Shown here piece after piece: positions 29,196 through 38,709 of a DNA stretch of 64,000 nucleotides. The stretch lies in IMG/VR virus record IMGVR_UViG_3300035208_005635, positions 1-64,000 of that record; one strand, written 5' to 3'. Every line of letters begins with the position of its first letter. The stretch's first letter is position 1. Made by a program: the position numbers and the translations under genes. Source of the stretch: a virus (lineage: Duplodnaviria; Heunggongvirae; Uroviricota; Caudoviricetes). The notes below the pieces were generated by a model, which did not search any database, was not told the DNA's origin, and saw only the letters and a list, made by a program, of their open reading frames with translations.

Positions 29196-29218
29196 CTTCG
29201 AAAAAGGCCGGCTTTTTT
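29196..29218 (-). terminator. weak A-tract / GCCGGC / T-tract palindromic terminator-like element
   Basis: aaaaaggccggctttttt lies between the SSB-like gene and tRNA-His. Confidence 0.3.
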
Positions 29219-29224
29219 GAAATT

Positions 29225-30436
29225 TTAAAACGGAATATCGTCTATGTTGACTTCATCTTCTGACTCTGGTTCTATTTTCTCTGGCTTTTCTGGTTCTGCT
29301 TTTTTTTGCTCTTGCTGAACTACAAATTCTTGCTCTCCGCCGTCATTGTCTACAGCGATTACCTCTTCCTTAGGTCGAGCCGTTTCAGCTTCTTCGTCTA
29401 GATTAATTGTCGGGACGACTTCTGCTTCTTTTAAACCAGCGGCACTTTCAACAGAAACTATCGCATCACAGTCGGGGAATTTAGAACATCCGAAGAACGG
29501 TCCTTTAAAGCTGTCTTTCAAAATCATCGGAGCTCCGCATTTAGGACAAGTCGGATTTACAAACTCTTCAGGAAAGTGAATTTGATACTTAGCAATTATA
29601 CTCTCTTGATTATCTTTACCTTTTACTGTGGTTGTATCAGGTTCAGAACGGAAAGTTTCTCTTACTTCGTCAAAAGCTTTTAAGCTTTCGTCAAGCTTCT
29701 GTCTCATACGGATATAAGTCTTGACATCGTTTTCTTCCTGTCTATCAAAGATAAGCGGGAAATAAGTAACTGTTCCTGCTTTTTCTTTCTTAGTAGTGAC
29801 CTTAGTTTTATACGCAAACAGCGGGACACCATTAAGCTTTGGTTTATATTCCCAGAAACCGTCTCTGCCTGACTTAGACAGATACATTCTGTGGACGACA
29901 CTATTATATTCCACATAGAGAATTTCTGTGTGTTTTATAATACTGCCTGTGAAACCACGCTCGGCTAAAGCCGCATCAGCAAAATTTTCGTTGATGTAGG
30001 CTTTGAAATCTTTATAGCCTCCTTGGAAGATAACTTTTTTCTCTTCGTTATTCCATAATCTGACTTCTCCGTTGTAGTCATCTTGCTCGGCTGTTCCATA
30101 AAGCTCCATTCCATTTTGACCTTTATTGCTGTCAAAATAACCATACTTCCACCTAGACCTTAAAATCGTCACTGTGATTTCTTTTCCTAGGTTAGTAATC
30201 TTTTTGACATACTCTCCTTTTTCATTTGGCTCTTTTGTAACCAGAATGAAACTTCCTCTATCGCCATTATCTTCGTCATAGTTGACTCTGATTTCTGGGA
30301 TAGCCATTTTTACTCCTTGCCCTTCCCCAGCATAGAGTTTGAAAAGCATTTTTTCATCCTCGCTAAGGGTGTCTAATTTCCCTGCAATCTGCAGAGCAAC
30401 AGCCACATCCTTTTTTTCTTCTTGTGTTTCAGGCAT
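29225..30436 (-). CDS. SSB-like protein with topoisomerase-type zinc finger and acidic DDIPF C-terminal tail
   Basis: Ends ...EDEVNIDDIPF, matching the canonical SSB C-terminal tip DDDIPF. CPKCGAPMILKD ... GCSKFPDCDAIV is a topoisomerase-type Zn-ribbon. Highly acidic linker. Confidence 0.45.
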   Translation of the reverse strand: MPETQEEKKDVAVALQIAGKLDTLSEDEKMLFKLYAGEGQGVKMAIPEIRVNYDEDNGDRGSFILVTKEPNEKGEYVKKITNLGKEITVTILRSRWKYGYFDSNKGQNGMELYGTAEQDDYNGEVRLWNNEEKKVIFQGGYKDFKAYINENFADAALAERGFTGSIIKHTEILYVEYNSVVHRMYLSKSGRDGFWEYKPKLNGVPLFAYKTKVTTKKEKAGTVTYFPLIFDRQEENDVKTYIRMRQKLDESLKAFDEVRETFRSEPDTTTVKGKDNQESIIAKYQIHFPEEFVNPTCPKCGAPMILKDSFKGPFFGCSKFPDCDAIVSVESAAGLKEAEVVPTINLDEEAETARPKEEVIAVDNDGGEQEFVVQQEQKKAEPEKPEKIEPESEDEVNIDDIPF

Positions 30437-30465
30437 AATTTAATATTATGTTAATTATTAAACTT

Positions 30466-31152
30466 TTAAGGCATCAAGCTATTAGCATTATCTCCATACT
30501 TAGCTTGCCATTTTTCAGGATTCATATATCTAACTCTTTCTTTCAAGGTGACTATTAAATTGTCTACAGAGGTTACATAAAAATTTAATAGTTCTGCCTT
30601 GCGTAATTTTTCTCCTTCTATTTTTGACCAAGTATAAGCTCGGTAACTAGCTTCGTCTTTTAGATTATCCTCGGTGTAGCTTTTCTTGACTGCTAGATTG
30701 ATAGCTTTTTTTCCTTTTTCTTTTACTTCTTCTTTTAGAGCATCTACTAAAATCTTTGCTTCTATTTTTTCTAGTTCTTCGCGAAGTCTGTCTTTTCTAA
30801 AATTTACTTTGAAACCTACTTCATTAAACTTTTTCCAAATAGTTGAATAAAAAGCTCTAGCCTTATTATCAACTAATTGTTCTCCTAGATATGGTCTTAA
30901 TCCGTTCAAGACTCCGATGTAATACATCAGTTGGTCGGCAGTTAAGCATAAATATCCTGAATCCGTTATAATTTTATCAGGAGATAAAACAGGATTCTGA
31001 GCGTCATTGATAGTGTCAATTCCTAGATAAGAAGTGATTGTCTTATAGTCTTTAATCGCTCTTCTTTGATTAGGTGTCAATTCTGTTTTTACTGTTTCAA
31101 AAGCTTCGTCTAGTTTTTGTTCAGCTTCGTGAACTAAGTTTGGTTGTGTCAT
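30466..31152 (-). CDS. hypothetical protein
   Basis: 228 aa helical ORF. Confidence 0.4.
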   Translation of the reverse strand: MTQPNLVHEAEQKLDEAFETVKTELTPNQRRAIKDYKTITSYLGIDTINDAQNPVLSPDKIITDSGYLCLTADQLMYYIGVLNGLRPYLGEQLVDNKARAFYSTIWKKFNEVGFKVNFRKDRLREELEKIEAKILVDALKEEVKEKGKKAINLAVKKSYTEDNLKDEASYRAYTWSKIEGEKLRKAELLNFYVTSVDNLIVTLKERVRYMNPEKWQAKYGDNANSLMP

Positions 31153-31397
31153 AATTGTCCTTGAGCATAGCTCTTTTTTAGATAAGCAACGATGTCTGAA
31201 TAATGGGCTCTAAAGGCAGTTCCGACCTTGATAGCAGGAATTTTATTATCTCTCATTAACTCTCTTATAGTTACGTGAGAGGCTCCTGCTAACCAACCGC
31301 CAGTTTCAATTTCAACAGGCGTTAGATATATTCTGCCAGTTTTTTTGACAAATATTTCTAATGACTGTTTTGTTTTTTCAAATCCTTGATTACTCAT
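31149..31397 (-). CDS. small HTH DNA-binding protein (excisionase/AlpA-like)
   Basis: ASHVTIRELMRDNKIPAIKVGTAFR is a helix-turn-helix pattern. Confidence 0.4.
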   Translation of the reverse strand: MSNQGFEKTKQSLEIFVKKTGRIYLTPVEIETGGWLAGASHVTIRELMRDNKIPAIKVGTAFRAHYSDIVAYLKKSYAQGQL

Positions 31398-32242
31398 ATT
31401 TTTTCAAGATTATCCTTTTTGATTTCCACTATCTTTGCTAGTCTCTCCGCAAAAACTTTGGCATCAGGTAAATTATTATCCGCTTCGCAGGCATCTCGAA
31501 AGTCGCACCAAGAACAAACCATTCCATTGTCTACCGGGTGGAATATTTTTTGTTCTATACCTCTGTTTATACTCTCAAGAGTATTGAGTAAGCGACTAAT
31601 TTTTTCGTCTGTAATTTCTGCTTTTAGAATTTGAATTTTAGGTTCCTTAGTTTTAACTACTACGTCTAGCTGAACTCCTTTTTCTTTTCTGCCAAATTTT
31701 GTTCTAAATCCCAAAGCATAAGCCGCTAACTGAGTATTTTTTTCAATGTCTTCTTCTGAGTAGCTAGAGCCCGAAGTTTTTGTATCGTGAATAATATCGT
31801 TCTCGTCTATAACATCTAAATACATTAAAAACTCTTGTCCAAAAATATCTAAGGTGACTCCTATTTCTACATAGGCAGGTTGAAGTTTTGTCATTACCTC
31901 ATCATAAAGTTTTTTAAGGCAACGCTTAGCTGAAGCGATAATATCTTCTCCTGATTCTCTTTTGCCGTATTTTAATTTAAAGAAATTAGGATTGTCTGCA
32001 TTGTCTTTAAATTTTTGAATTAAATACTCAACCATAAAATCTTCTACCTCTTGATACGGTCTGTCTACTCGGCTTTCTATCTTTTGCCGATAATTAAATT
32101 CTTGGGCCTTATGAATAGCCGACCCAAATACTAGACCTGTTGATTCTCCCATAGATTCTTTTTTGTCCACATAAGAATAATTATATTTTCTCGGACAAGA
32201 TGAGTAAGTAAACATTTGAGAAACGCTTCTGTGATTAGTCAT
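31394..32242 (-). CDS. PD-(D/E)xK nuclease, Cas4/RecB-like with Cys cluster
   Basis: N-terminal Cys (YSSCPRKY). DVIDENDIIHDTKT fits the D...D/ExK motif. C-terminal CSWCDFRDAC. Confidence 0.5.
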   Translation of the reverse strand: MTNHRSVSQMFTYSSCPRKYNYSYVDKKESMGESTGLVFGSAIHKAQEFNYRQKIESRVDRPYQEVEDFMVEYLIQKFKDNADNPNFFKLKYGKRESGEDIIASAKRCLKKLYDEVMTKLQPAYVEIGVTLDIFGQEFLMYLDVIDENDIIHDTKTSGSSYSEEDIEKNTQLAAYALGFRTKFGRKEKGVQLDVVVKTKEPKIQILKAEITDEKISRLLNTLESINRGIEQKIFHPVDNGMVCSWCDFRDACEADNNLPDAKVFAERLAKIVEIKKDNLEKI

Positions 32243-32250
32243 AAATTTTT

Positions 32251-33987
32251 TTACCCCTTCATATTATAATATTTTCCAACTTTACTGTCAGATAAAGATT
32301 CATAATATGTAGAAAGGTTTTTTAATTGTTCGTGTTCCATTCCAATAACAAACGAATGAAGTATTATTTTTTTCTTTTCTAAAAATTCTTTTGTCAAACT
32401 TACATTATCTCCTCCGTCTGTGATGACAAGAATGTCCGCTCTGTCATATAAATCACTCTTGTCGCTAGGGTCTTGCTTAAATAATTTAGGGTTGTTAATG
32501 TCGTTTATTGCTTGGTGAATTGCTCCGTCTATGCTTGTTCCTCCCCCAGAATGACGATATTCCATTAGGAATTTAACTTCTTTTTTTGCTTCTTCCTCGT
32601 TGGTTACTTTTTTTAAATCGTGAGGTTGGTCGTCAAAGAATCTATAAAAATAGATACTTTTTTCTGTTAAGGCTTTTTTGACATAGGCTAAGGCTATACC
32701 ACAGGCTACTGTTTGATTTCTTCCGTCCATCGAGCCTGAGCAGTCAATCAATAAATAAATAATCTGCTTTTTCTTTCTGCGACTTTCAAACTGTTTCATT
32801 TTCAAGTCCTTGTCAAAAAGCATTTTGTCAAATAGCTCGTCTGGGTATCCAAACTGGTAAGGGAGAATATTCGGCAAGTCGTTTACCGACCTAATGTTTT
32901 GTATCTTCCAGTCTTTTTCAGGATAGTCTACGGGCGAACGCTGTTCTTCTCGGCAGTATTGTTCTGTTGCCCCTATTTTTCTAGCAATGTCTAAAATTCT
33001 ATAAGTTTCATCATCAACTTTTTGAGCTATCTTTTCGATATTTTTAGCCAGCCCTTCGATAGTCTTTAAAGAATTATGACCTGTTCCTGCTTGTCGTTCT
33101 ATTATTCCTCGAAACAATTCATCATCAAAAATATTATTCTCTAGAGCTTTTTCTATATCGGGTATTTTCTGATTAAATTTATCCATATCAATAGGCAAGT
33201 CCGGCGGGTTATCACTCATCTCTGTTTCTGGGGAGGTATCCATTTCTTCTTCTCCTTCTCCTTGAGGTTTGTTGTTATCTCCTTGACCTTGAGAAGAATC
33301 GCTTTTGCTATTTTTTCCTTGACTGCCACCTCCTTTTTGTTGACCTTGGGATTGAGAATTTTCTTCTTGCTCTTGTTTATCTTGTCCTTTGCTTTCTTGA
33401 TTTTGTTCCTCTGAATTTTCTTGTTCTTCTTCTCCCCCTTTACCTTTTCCTTTACCTTTTCCCTCACCTTCTCCTTCTCCTTCGCCCTCACCTTCGCCTT
33501 CTTTTTGCTCTTTGTCATCTTGACCTTGTTGACCTTCTCCTTTCTCTGATTGCTCTTGCTGTTCTTGTTTTTCACCCTGTTGACCTTTTCCTTTCTGTTT
33601 CTTCGGGTCAGGAGGTTTAGGACTAAACATATCAAGAATTATTCTGAGAGCTTCTTCAGGGTTATTTATGCCCTGTAATTGTTGAAATAATCTAGTGTGG
33701 CCGAACTCTCTGAGAAATTTTCTTACGGCATCATAATGATAATAGACTTTATAGTAATCTCTTAATCTTTTTTTAATATATCCATCAGCGACTTCGTCAT
33801 CTATCTCCATAGGTGTTTTTAGGATTTTGCTAGGATTAAGAGTTTCAAATAAAGCGAATAAATCTTTTGAGAAGTCCAAAGAAACTTTTTCTTTTGTTTC
33901 GGGGTTTATAGCTTCGACTTTTTCATCGGTTATTACTTCAACGGTTTCTGCTTGAGGCAAGGTTAATTGTTTATTAGTTACTCTCAT
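32251..33987 (-). CDS. von Willebrand factor A (vWA) domain protein with long low-complexity E/Q/G/K linker
   Basis: C-terminal MIDAS motif YLLIDCSGSMDG. Central region rich in GEGEGEGE/KGKGKGKG/QEQQEQ. Confidence 0.6.
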   Translation of the reverse strand: MRVTNKQLTLPQAETVEVITDEKVEAINPETKEKVSLDFSKDLFALFETLNPSKILKTPMEIDDEVADGYIKKRLRDYYKVYYHYDAVRKFLREFGHTRLFQQLQGINNPEEALRIILDMFSPKPPDPKKQKGKGQQGEKQEQQEQSEKGEGQQGQDDKEQKEGEGEGEGEGEGEGKGKGKGKGGEEEQENSEEQNQESKGQDKQEQEENSQSQGQQKGGGSQGKNSKSDSSQGQGDNNKPQGEGEEEMDTSPETEMSDNPPDLPIDMDKFNQKIPDIEKALENNIFDDELFRGIIERQAGTGHNSLKTIEGLAKNIEKIAQKVDDETYRILDIARKIGATEQYCREEQRSPVDYPEKDWKIQNIRSVNDLPNILPYQFGYPDELFDKMLFDKDLKMKQFESRRKKKQIIYLLIDCSGSMDGRNQTVACGIALAYVKKALTEKSIYFYRFFDDQPHDLKKVTNEEEAKKEVKFLMEYRHSGGGTSIDGAIHQAINDINNPKLFKQDPSDKSDLYDRADILVITDGGDNVSLTKEFLEKKKIILHSFVIGMEHEQLKNLSTYYESLSDSKVGKYYNMKG

Positions 33988-34009
33988 ATTTATAAACGAA
34001 ATTTAAGAA

Positions 34010-35236
34010 TTATTTGTCGACTTCATACATTAACTTTTGCTTGGTTTCGTCAATGGTTGTTTTTAATTTTTCCATAAAATCTTTTTTCCTCTTTTCAACA
34101 TTGTCATTAACTGTTGTTAATTGCCCTAATTTCTTTTGAGCCGAAGCCAAAGCTTTCAATCTTTCTATGAACTCGCTAGCTTGAAGAGTGACGTTTTTAA
34201 ATTCGTCTATCTTTAACTCTGCTTCTACTTTTGCGATTTCAGCTAATTGATTCTTTTCATCTTCAAGACCCTCTACACATCTCTTATAGACTTTATTAAA
34301 AGTCTCTTCATCATCTTCGTCATTCATCGTGCAAAGACCATATCTAACTTCAAATAAATCTGTAAATACTGCTTGCTTTCTTCCGTCTAATATGACAGCC
34401 GCTTTTACAATATCTAAAAGCTTATTAGAAGTTCTGGAAGAAATATACTTTTTGCGTTTAACATTTATTTCTTTGTCATATTCTGTAATCAACTCGTCAT
34501 AAACTTCTAAAACCTCATCAGAAATTATTACCTCATCAGAGTAAACTTTGTCTGTGAAGTCTTTCAACTGTTTCAAATCCAAAATAGGCTTAATCGGATA
34601 AGATGCTAATTTACCGCCTGCTTTGGCAAGATGCTGTGAATACATTTTAAGTTTATTGCTCTTGCTTTTTAGAGGTTTGACAATAGACTTAAATAAAAAT
34701 CTATCCAAAATAGGAATAGTTTTTTCATTTATAGATTGATAATTAGCAGTCGCTACCGCTGTGTGCAACATAGCGTCTTCCTGCTGTCTGCCTTCTATAA
34801 ATTTTCTTTCATTTAAAATGCCTAATAAAGTTCTTAAGACATCTTCTCTGCCGTCAAAGATTTCATCTATAAAAGCGAAGTCCGCTTCTAAGATTGAGCC
34901 TGTGATATCTCTCATTAGAAATCCTTTATCTTTCCAAGTAGGAATATCATAAGCACCAAATAAATGTTCTGATAAAGTAGCTTCAGACATTTGAATAGAA
35001 AATAATTTAGCATTTTGAACTAAATTAAAAGCGTGTTTAGCAAGCATCGATTTTCCTGTTCCTGCATCTCCCTGAAGAAAAACGTGCTCACCGATAAGCA
35101 TCGCATACATTAACTGCTTCAACTCCTTGTCTCTTTCTAAAAGAAACAAATTCTTAGAACTAAATCCTTTTTCCAAATCTTGTGTTCGGCTAGGTTTAGT
35201 CTGAGTTTGATTTTGATTTTCCATTTTTTTGGTCAT
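34010..35236 (-). CDS. MoxR-like AAA+ ATPase
   Basis: Walker A GDAGTGKSML. Walker B FAFIDEIF. Long helical C-terminal domain. Adjacent to the vWA protein. Lies downstream of conserved promoter P4. Confidence 0.65.
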   Translation of the reverse strand: MTKKMENQNQTQTKPSRTQDLEKGFSSKNLFLLERDKELKQLMYAMLIGEHVFLQGDAGTGKSMLAKHAFNLVQNAKLFSIQMSEATLSEHLFGAYDIPTWKDKGFLMRDITGSILEADFAFIDEIFDGREDVLRTLLGILNERKFIEGRQQEDAMLHTAVATANYQSINEKTIPILDRFLFKSIVKPLKSKSNKLKMYSQHLAKAGGKLASYPIKPILDLKQLKDFTDKVYSDEVIISDEVLEVYDELITEYDKEINVKRKKYISSRTSNKLLDIVKAAVILDGRKQAVFTDLFEVRYGLCTMNDEDDEETFNKVYKRCVEGLEDEKNQLAEIAKVEAELKIDEFKNVTLQASEFIERLKALASAQKKLGQLTTVNDNVEKRKKDFMEKLKTTIDETKQKLMYEVDK

Positions 35237-35277
35237 TTATTTATTTTTAATGAATTATATTTTAATAACTTATATAG

Positions 35278-35324
35278 ATTATAGCATATCTAGGAAAAAA
35301 GTCAATAGCTAATCTGTGGATAAC
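35278..35324 (-). promoter_or_regulatory. conserved sigma70-type promoter P4
   Basis: In gene orientation: GTTATCCACAGATTAGCTA then TTGACT-N16-TATAAT. The -35 hexamer maps to 35300-35305 and the -10 to 35278-35283. Confidence 0.65.
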
Positions 35325-35336
35325 TTCTTGAATTTT

Positions 35337-35609
35337 TTACATAATAGGCTCATAACCTTTGGCTATTTTTTCGTTTATTAAGGTAGCTTTTCTAATAGAA
35401 GCCTGTCCCATACTTGGGAAAGACTCAATCATAGCCTGTCCGTTAGTTCCTATCATACCCCAACGTCTCGTCAAAGAATAAGTGCGTTCATAAGAGAGAT
35501 GGCTAGGAGCGTCAACTCCTTTTATTTCCACAGCCCAAAATTTATTATGACCGTTGGTTTTATTCTCAAAATAAAAATAGTCTGTGATGTCTTTTGTTCT
35601 TTCGTCCAT
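35337..35609 (-). CDS. hypothetical protein
   Basis: 90 aa ORF. Confidence 0.35.
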   Translation of the reverse strand: MDERTKDITDYFYFENKTNGHNKFWAVEIKGVDAPSHLSYERTYSLTRRWGMIGTNGQAMIESFPSMGQASIRKATLINEKIAKGYEPIM

Positions 35610-35613
35610 AAAA

Positions 35614-36453
35614 TTATTTAGGCGTAAAAGCCTGTAAGCTAGTAATTAATTCTTGTAATAATTTAATTGTTTCTTTAACTTTGTCTTCTGTTTTTGTAAT
35701 ATCAATTCCATCTCTTTTTGCTCTTTGAGAAACAACAAAATCCATAATAGTGGTAACCATTTTTTCTACTGTAAATCCTTTTAGGATAATATCTAATTGG
35801 TCACTGGAAGTTTCTTTATGTTCTTCCCAAACTATAACTCCGTATCGATTATTATTTTTCATAACCTGCCGAACCTTTTCTACTGTTTTATCAGAAGCAC
35901 TTTCTGGGAGTTTTCCGTCATTGCCTTCTTTTATAAAGCTAGGTGCTTTTTTAACTCCTTGTTCCATTAAGGCATTCAATCTAAGTCTTGAACCTAATAA
36001 AATGCTTGCCTTTGTTTTTTCATAATCTATCGGCATTCCGATACTATCTTGAAGGGCTTCTAAAAATTTAGGTATATGATTAGAAAAATCTTCTTCTAAT
36101 CTGTCTAAAGCAAACCTGCTTATTAAAGGATGCCCCCAATAAGCTGAACGGAAATCACCTTCTACCATTTCAGAGGAAAAGGTTTTTAATCCTTCTATCA
36201 TACAAACAACTCCGCCAAAAGATTTTTTGCGATATAGAATTTTATCTTTGTCTACGTCTCGAACAATGACTTCATAATTCTTTTTTGGTTTTCCGTCTTC
36301 TATAATAGGGTTGTCTGCTCCTTCTATGACATCTATATTATCGCTTGCTCCCGAACCCCCGCAATCAGGACATTTTTCTTCTTTTATTTTTCCATTGCCT
36401 TTACAAGTAGGACATTTTTCCAACTTAGGCAATTCTATTTTAAATCCTTCCAT
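35614..36453 (-). CDS. hypothetical protein with N-terminal DnaJ-like CxxCxGxG zinc ribbon
   Basis: CPTCKGNGKI ... CPDCGGSG. Confidence 0.4.
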   Translation of the reverse strand: MEGFKIELPKLEKCPTCKGNGKIKEEKCPDCGGSGASDNIDVIEGADNPIIEDGKPKKNYEVIVRDVDKDKILYRKKSFGGVVCMIEGLKTFSSEMVEGDFRSAYWGHPLISRFALDRLEEDFSNHIPKFLEALQDSIGMPIDYEKTKASILLGSRLRLNALMEQGVKKAPSFIKEGNDGKLPESASDKTVEKVRQVMKNNNRYGVIVWEEHKETSSDQLDIILKGFTVEKMVTTIMDFVVSQRAKRDGIDITKTEDKVKETIKLLQELITSLQAFTPK

Positions 36454-36473
36454 AAAATTAAAAAAATTAAAAA

Positions 36474-36683
36474 TTAAAGCATTAGTGTTCTAGACTCTCC
36501 TGTGGTGCACGGTCCGCACATCTCTTCATCATAAAAATCAGGATTATAAATTCTACTATTACATACAGAACAGACAGGAAAACTTTTTTCATCTACCAAA
36601 TCTTCCCATTCAGTTATGTCGACTTCACACCAATGGGGAGGATTTTGTTTATTATATTTATATTTTTTTGTTGGCTTTGCCAT
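36474..36683 (-). CDS. small zinc-binding protein
   Basis: CEVD ... CSVCNSR ... CGPC. Confidence 0.3.
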   Translation of the reverse strand: MAKPTKKYKYNKQNPPHWCEVDITEWEDLVDEKSFPVCSVCNSRIYNPDFYDEEMCGPCTTGESRTLML

Positions 36684-36953
36684 AAGATTTATTTTATATT
36701 TTTTAATTTATAAAGAGTTTCTATTTTATCTACTAGCTTTTTTCCTGCTAGTTTATAAGACTTTTTAATATCGTCTATAGTCTTATTTTTCTTTCTGCCT
36801 AGAAAAGAATTAATAGTTTCTTTAACAAGAGCATTACCATAATCAGTAACATATCTATTCAGAGCTTTTCTTCTTATGTCTTTAATTGATACTTTCTTCT
36901 TGGCTTTACTTAGTTTAACTTTGTCTACTTCCCAAATTTTTTCTTTTTTCGTA

Positions 36954-37463
36954 TTAAGTATTATTTAAAATTTTTAAAACTTCTTGACCTATACTATGCA
37001 AATCTATGCCTCTTTTTTTCCAGAGATTTGCATAGTATAATTTTCCACCTAGTTTTATGAATTGATTATCAACTATGTCGCATTCAAAAACTCCTTCTTT
37101 TTTCATTATGGGTTTAAATCTTTTACATTGGTCTGGTCTTGAATCTCTAGGTAAAATACAACCAAATTCTTCTAAATAAATACATTTCCCTCCCCAACTA
37201 GCATCAAAAATTTTAGACTTTTTTGTTTCTATCTCTACTAAAAATTTAGGGGCGATAGCTACAGGTCTAAGAAAATAAACAGGTGTGTCGCCTTCCCACC
37301 AGTCTATCGACCATTTTTTTGACAATAAGGCTTTCTTTACGGATTCTTGAATAGTCTCTGCTGGAAATAATTTGGCTATGTCGTCTGGTATGGCACACCC
37401 AGGCATTCTCTTACAGCAAGCTCCTCCGCATTTTCGGCAAATCTCTTCATCATAATAGAACAT
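36954..37463 (-). CDS. YkgJ/UPF0153-like CxxCxxCC domain protein (paralog 3 of 3)
   Basis: CRKCGGACCKRMPG motif. Confidence 0.45.
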   Translation of the reverse strand: MFYYDEEICRKCGGACCKRMPGCAIPDDIAKLFPAETIQESVKKALLSKKWSIDWWEGDTPVYFLRPVAIAPKFLVEIETKKSKIFDASWGGKCIYLEEFGCILPRDSRPDQCKRFKPIMKKEGVFECDIVDNQFIKLGGKLYYANLWKKRGIDLHSIGQEVLKILNNT

Positions 37464-37466
37464 AAA

Positions 37467-38057
37467 TTATTTCTTAGTAGTTTCGTCTACTAAATATTTT
37501 TTTAAGAAGACAATATACTTTTGGTAGTTGCCGTAATACAAAGATATCAATGATTCAAAAAGTTCAAGCCATTCTTGACCATTATTCTTATTCCAGAATC
37601 CAGGCATATACCATTTAGGTTCTCCTTTTTCATCAAAGAATTCAAAATAGTCTTTTTTTCCTCCGTTAATTAGGGTTTTAAAGATACCCCTCATTATACT
37701 ACTAGCCTTGTCGACACTGCAGACACTTCCTTCTTTATCTATTATGAATTTAGTGAGATTGTTTTCTATAAAGTTATAATTCATAATTAAAAAAGAGGCT
37801 TTTCGGTAACTATCTTCTTCCGTGTTCGTTGTAATAGCGAAAACAGAAGCATCTAGAGCATTTTTTAGAGGGTAGATAAATTCAAAAAAGAATTCGTCAA
37901 GAGACCCTTCTTCTTTTGTTATAATCTCGTGAATCTTTTTCTTAACCTCAGGGTTATTTTCCCAACCCATTTTCTCAAAGGCTCCAAACAAACCGTCTAG
38001 GGTATTCTTTATAGTCTTATCAGAGATTTTCTCCTCACTAATTTTTTTGTCTGTCAT
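37467..38057 (-). CDS. hypothetical protein
   Basis: 196 aa ORF. Confidence 0.4.
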   Translation of the reverse strand: MTDKKISEEKISDKTIKNTLDGLFGAFEKMGWENNPEVKKKIHEIITKEEGSLDEFFFEFIYPLKNALDASVFAITTNTEEDSYRKASFLIMNYNFIENNLTKFIIDKEGSVCSVDKASSIMRGIFKTLINGGKKDYFEFFDEKGEPKWYMPGFWNKNNGQEWLELFESLISLYYGNYQKYIVFLKKYLVDETTKK

Positions 38058-38092
38058 AATTAAATATATTTAGTAAATAAAATTTTTCTATT

Positions 38093-38356
38093 TTAAAAAA
38101 TTGATAATAAGTATTTTACGAATTTTACAGCGTCTATTAACTTTACCGGAGAACGTCCTTTAGAGGCTACGCAAGTAGAACATTCTTGACTTATTATATC
38201 TACTTTTGTGTTATTACTTCCATATAGTCTTCCACATCCAGGACAAGATACTTCTTCTCTGGGTATTCCAAATATTTTTCTTAGAGAAGAAACTGTTTCT
38301 TTTTTATTTTTCTTTTTCAAATAAGAAGAGACTGTTTCCTTTTTATGTTTCGTCAT
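38093..38356 (-). CDS. Zn-ribbon small protein with duplicated N-terminal KKETVSS peptide
   Basis: CPGCGRLYGS ... CSTC. Confidence 0.3.
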   Translation of the reverse strand: MTKHKKETVSSYLKKKNKKETVSSLRKIFGIPREEVSCPGCGRLYGSNNTKVDIISQECSTCVASKGRSPVKLIDAVKFVKYLLSIF

Positions 38357-38370
38357 ACTGTTTAAATGAA

Positions 38371-38709
38371 TTAAATATCTTTTCCTTTTTTGATTCTAAT
38401 ATACTCAATATTGTCGTCTTCTCCAAGAATATTTGCTACTAATGTTCCTTTATACTTTCTACAAAGGTCTGCTAATTCTTCTATTTCACCACAGCATCTT
38501 TCTTCATAGTAATAATTTTCTTCTTTAAATTCTATATTTCCTGCATTGTCTGCCCCCGAGTTCTGAGAAGAAATTTTCATTACTTCATCATCACCTAAAA
38601 ATATAAAAGGATATTCCCATCCTGTTATAACATCACTCTTAAAAGGAAAATCTTTCTGTGGGATAACTAACTCTAACTTTTTTATTACACTTTTTTCGGC
38701 GTTTATCAT
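38371..38709 (-). CDS. hypothetical protein
   Basis: 112 aa ORF. Confidence 0.35.
   Translation of the reverse strand: MINAEKSVIKKLELVIPQKDFPFKSDVITGWEYPFIFLGDDEVMKISSQNSGADNAGNIEFKEENYYYEERCCGEIEELADLCRKYKGTLVANILGEDDNIEYIRIKKGKDI

Noticed and set aside
29196-29218. Strong intrinsic terminator between the SSB-like gene and tRNA-His
   Set aside because: The stem would be mostly A-U pairs around GCCGGC. It is listed only as a weak terminator-like element.
33400-33560. Possible CRISPR or DNA tandem repeat (GAGGGT/GGTAAA periodicity)
   Set aside because: It is a coding low-complexity (GE)n/(KG)n linker of the vWA protein. There are no spacer-like unique segments. I found no CRISPR array anywhere in the window.
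33216-33635. 139-aa K-rich ORF in the same orientation as the vWA gene
   Set aside because: It lies inside the vWA gene in a different frame across its low-complexity repeat, so it is a repeat-induced artefact.
36702-36940. Minus-strand reading frame of about 80 codons with no ATG
   Set aside because: The frame is open and lysine-rich but lacks an ATG start, so it could not be supported from sequence alone.
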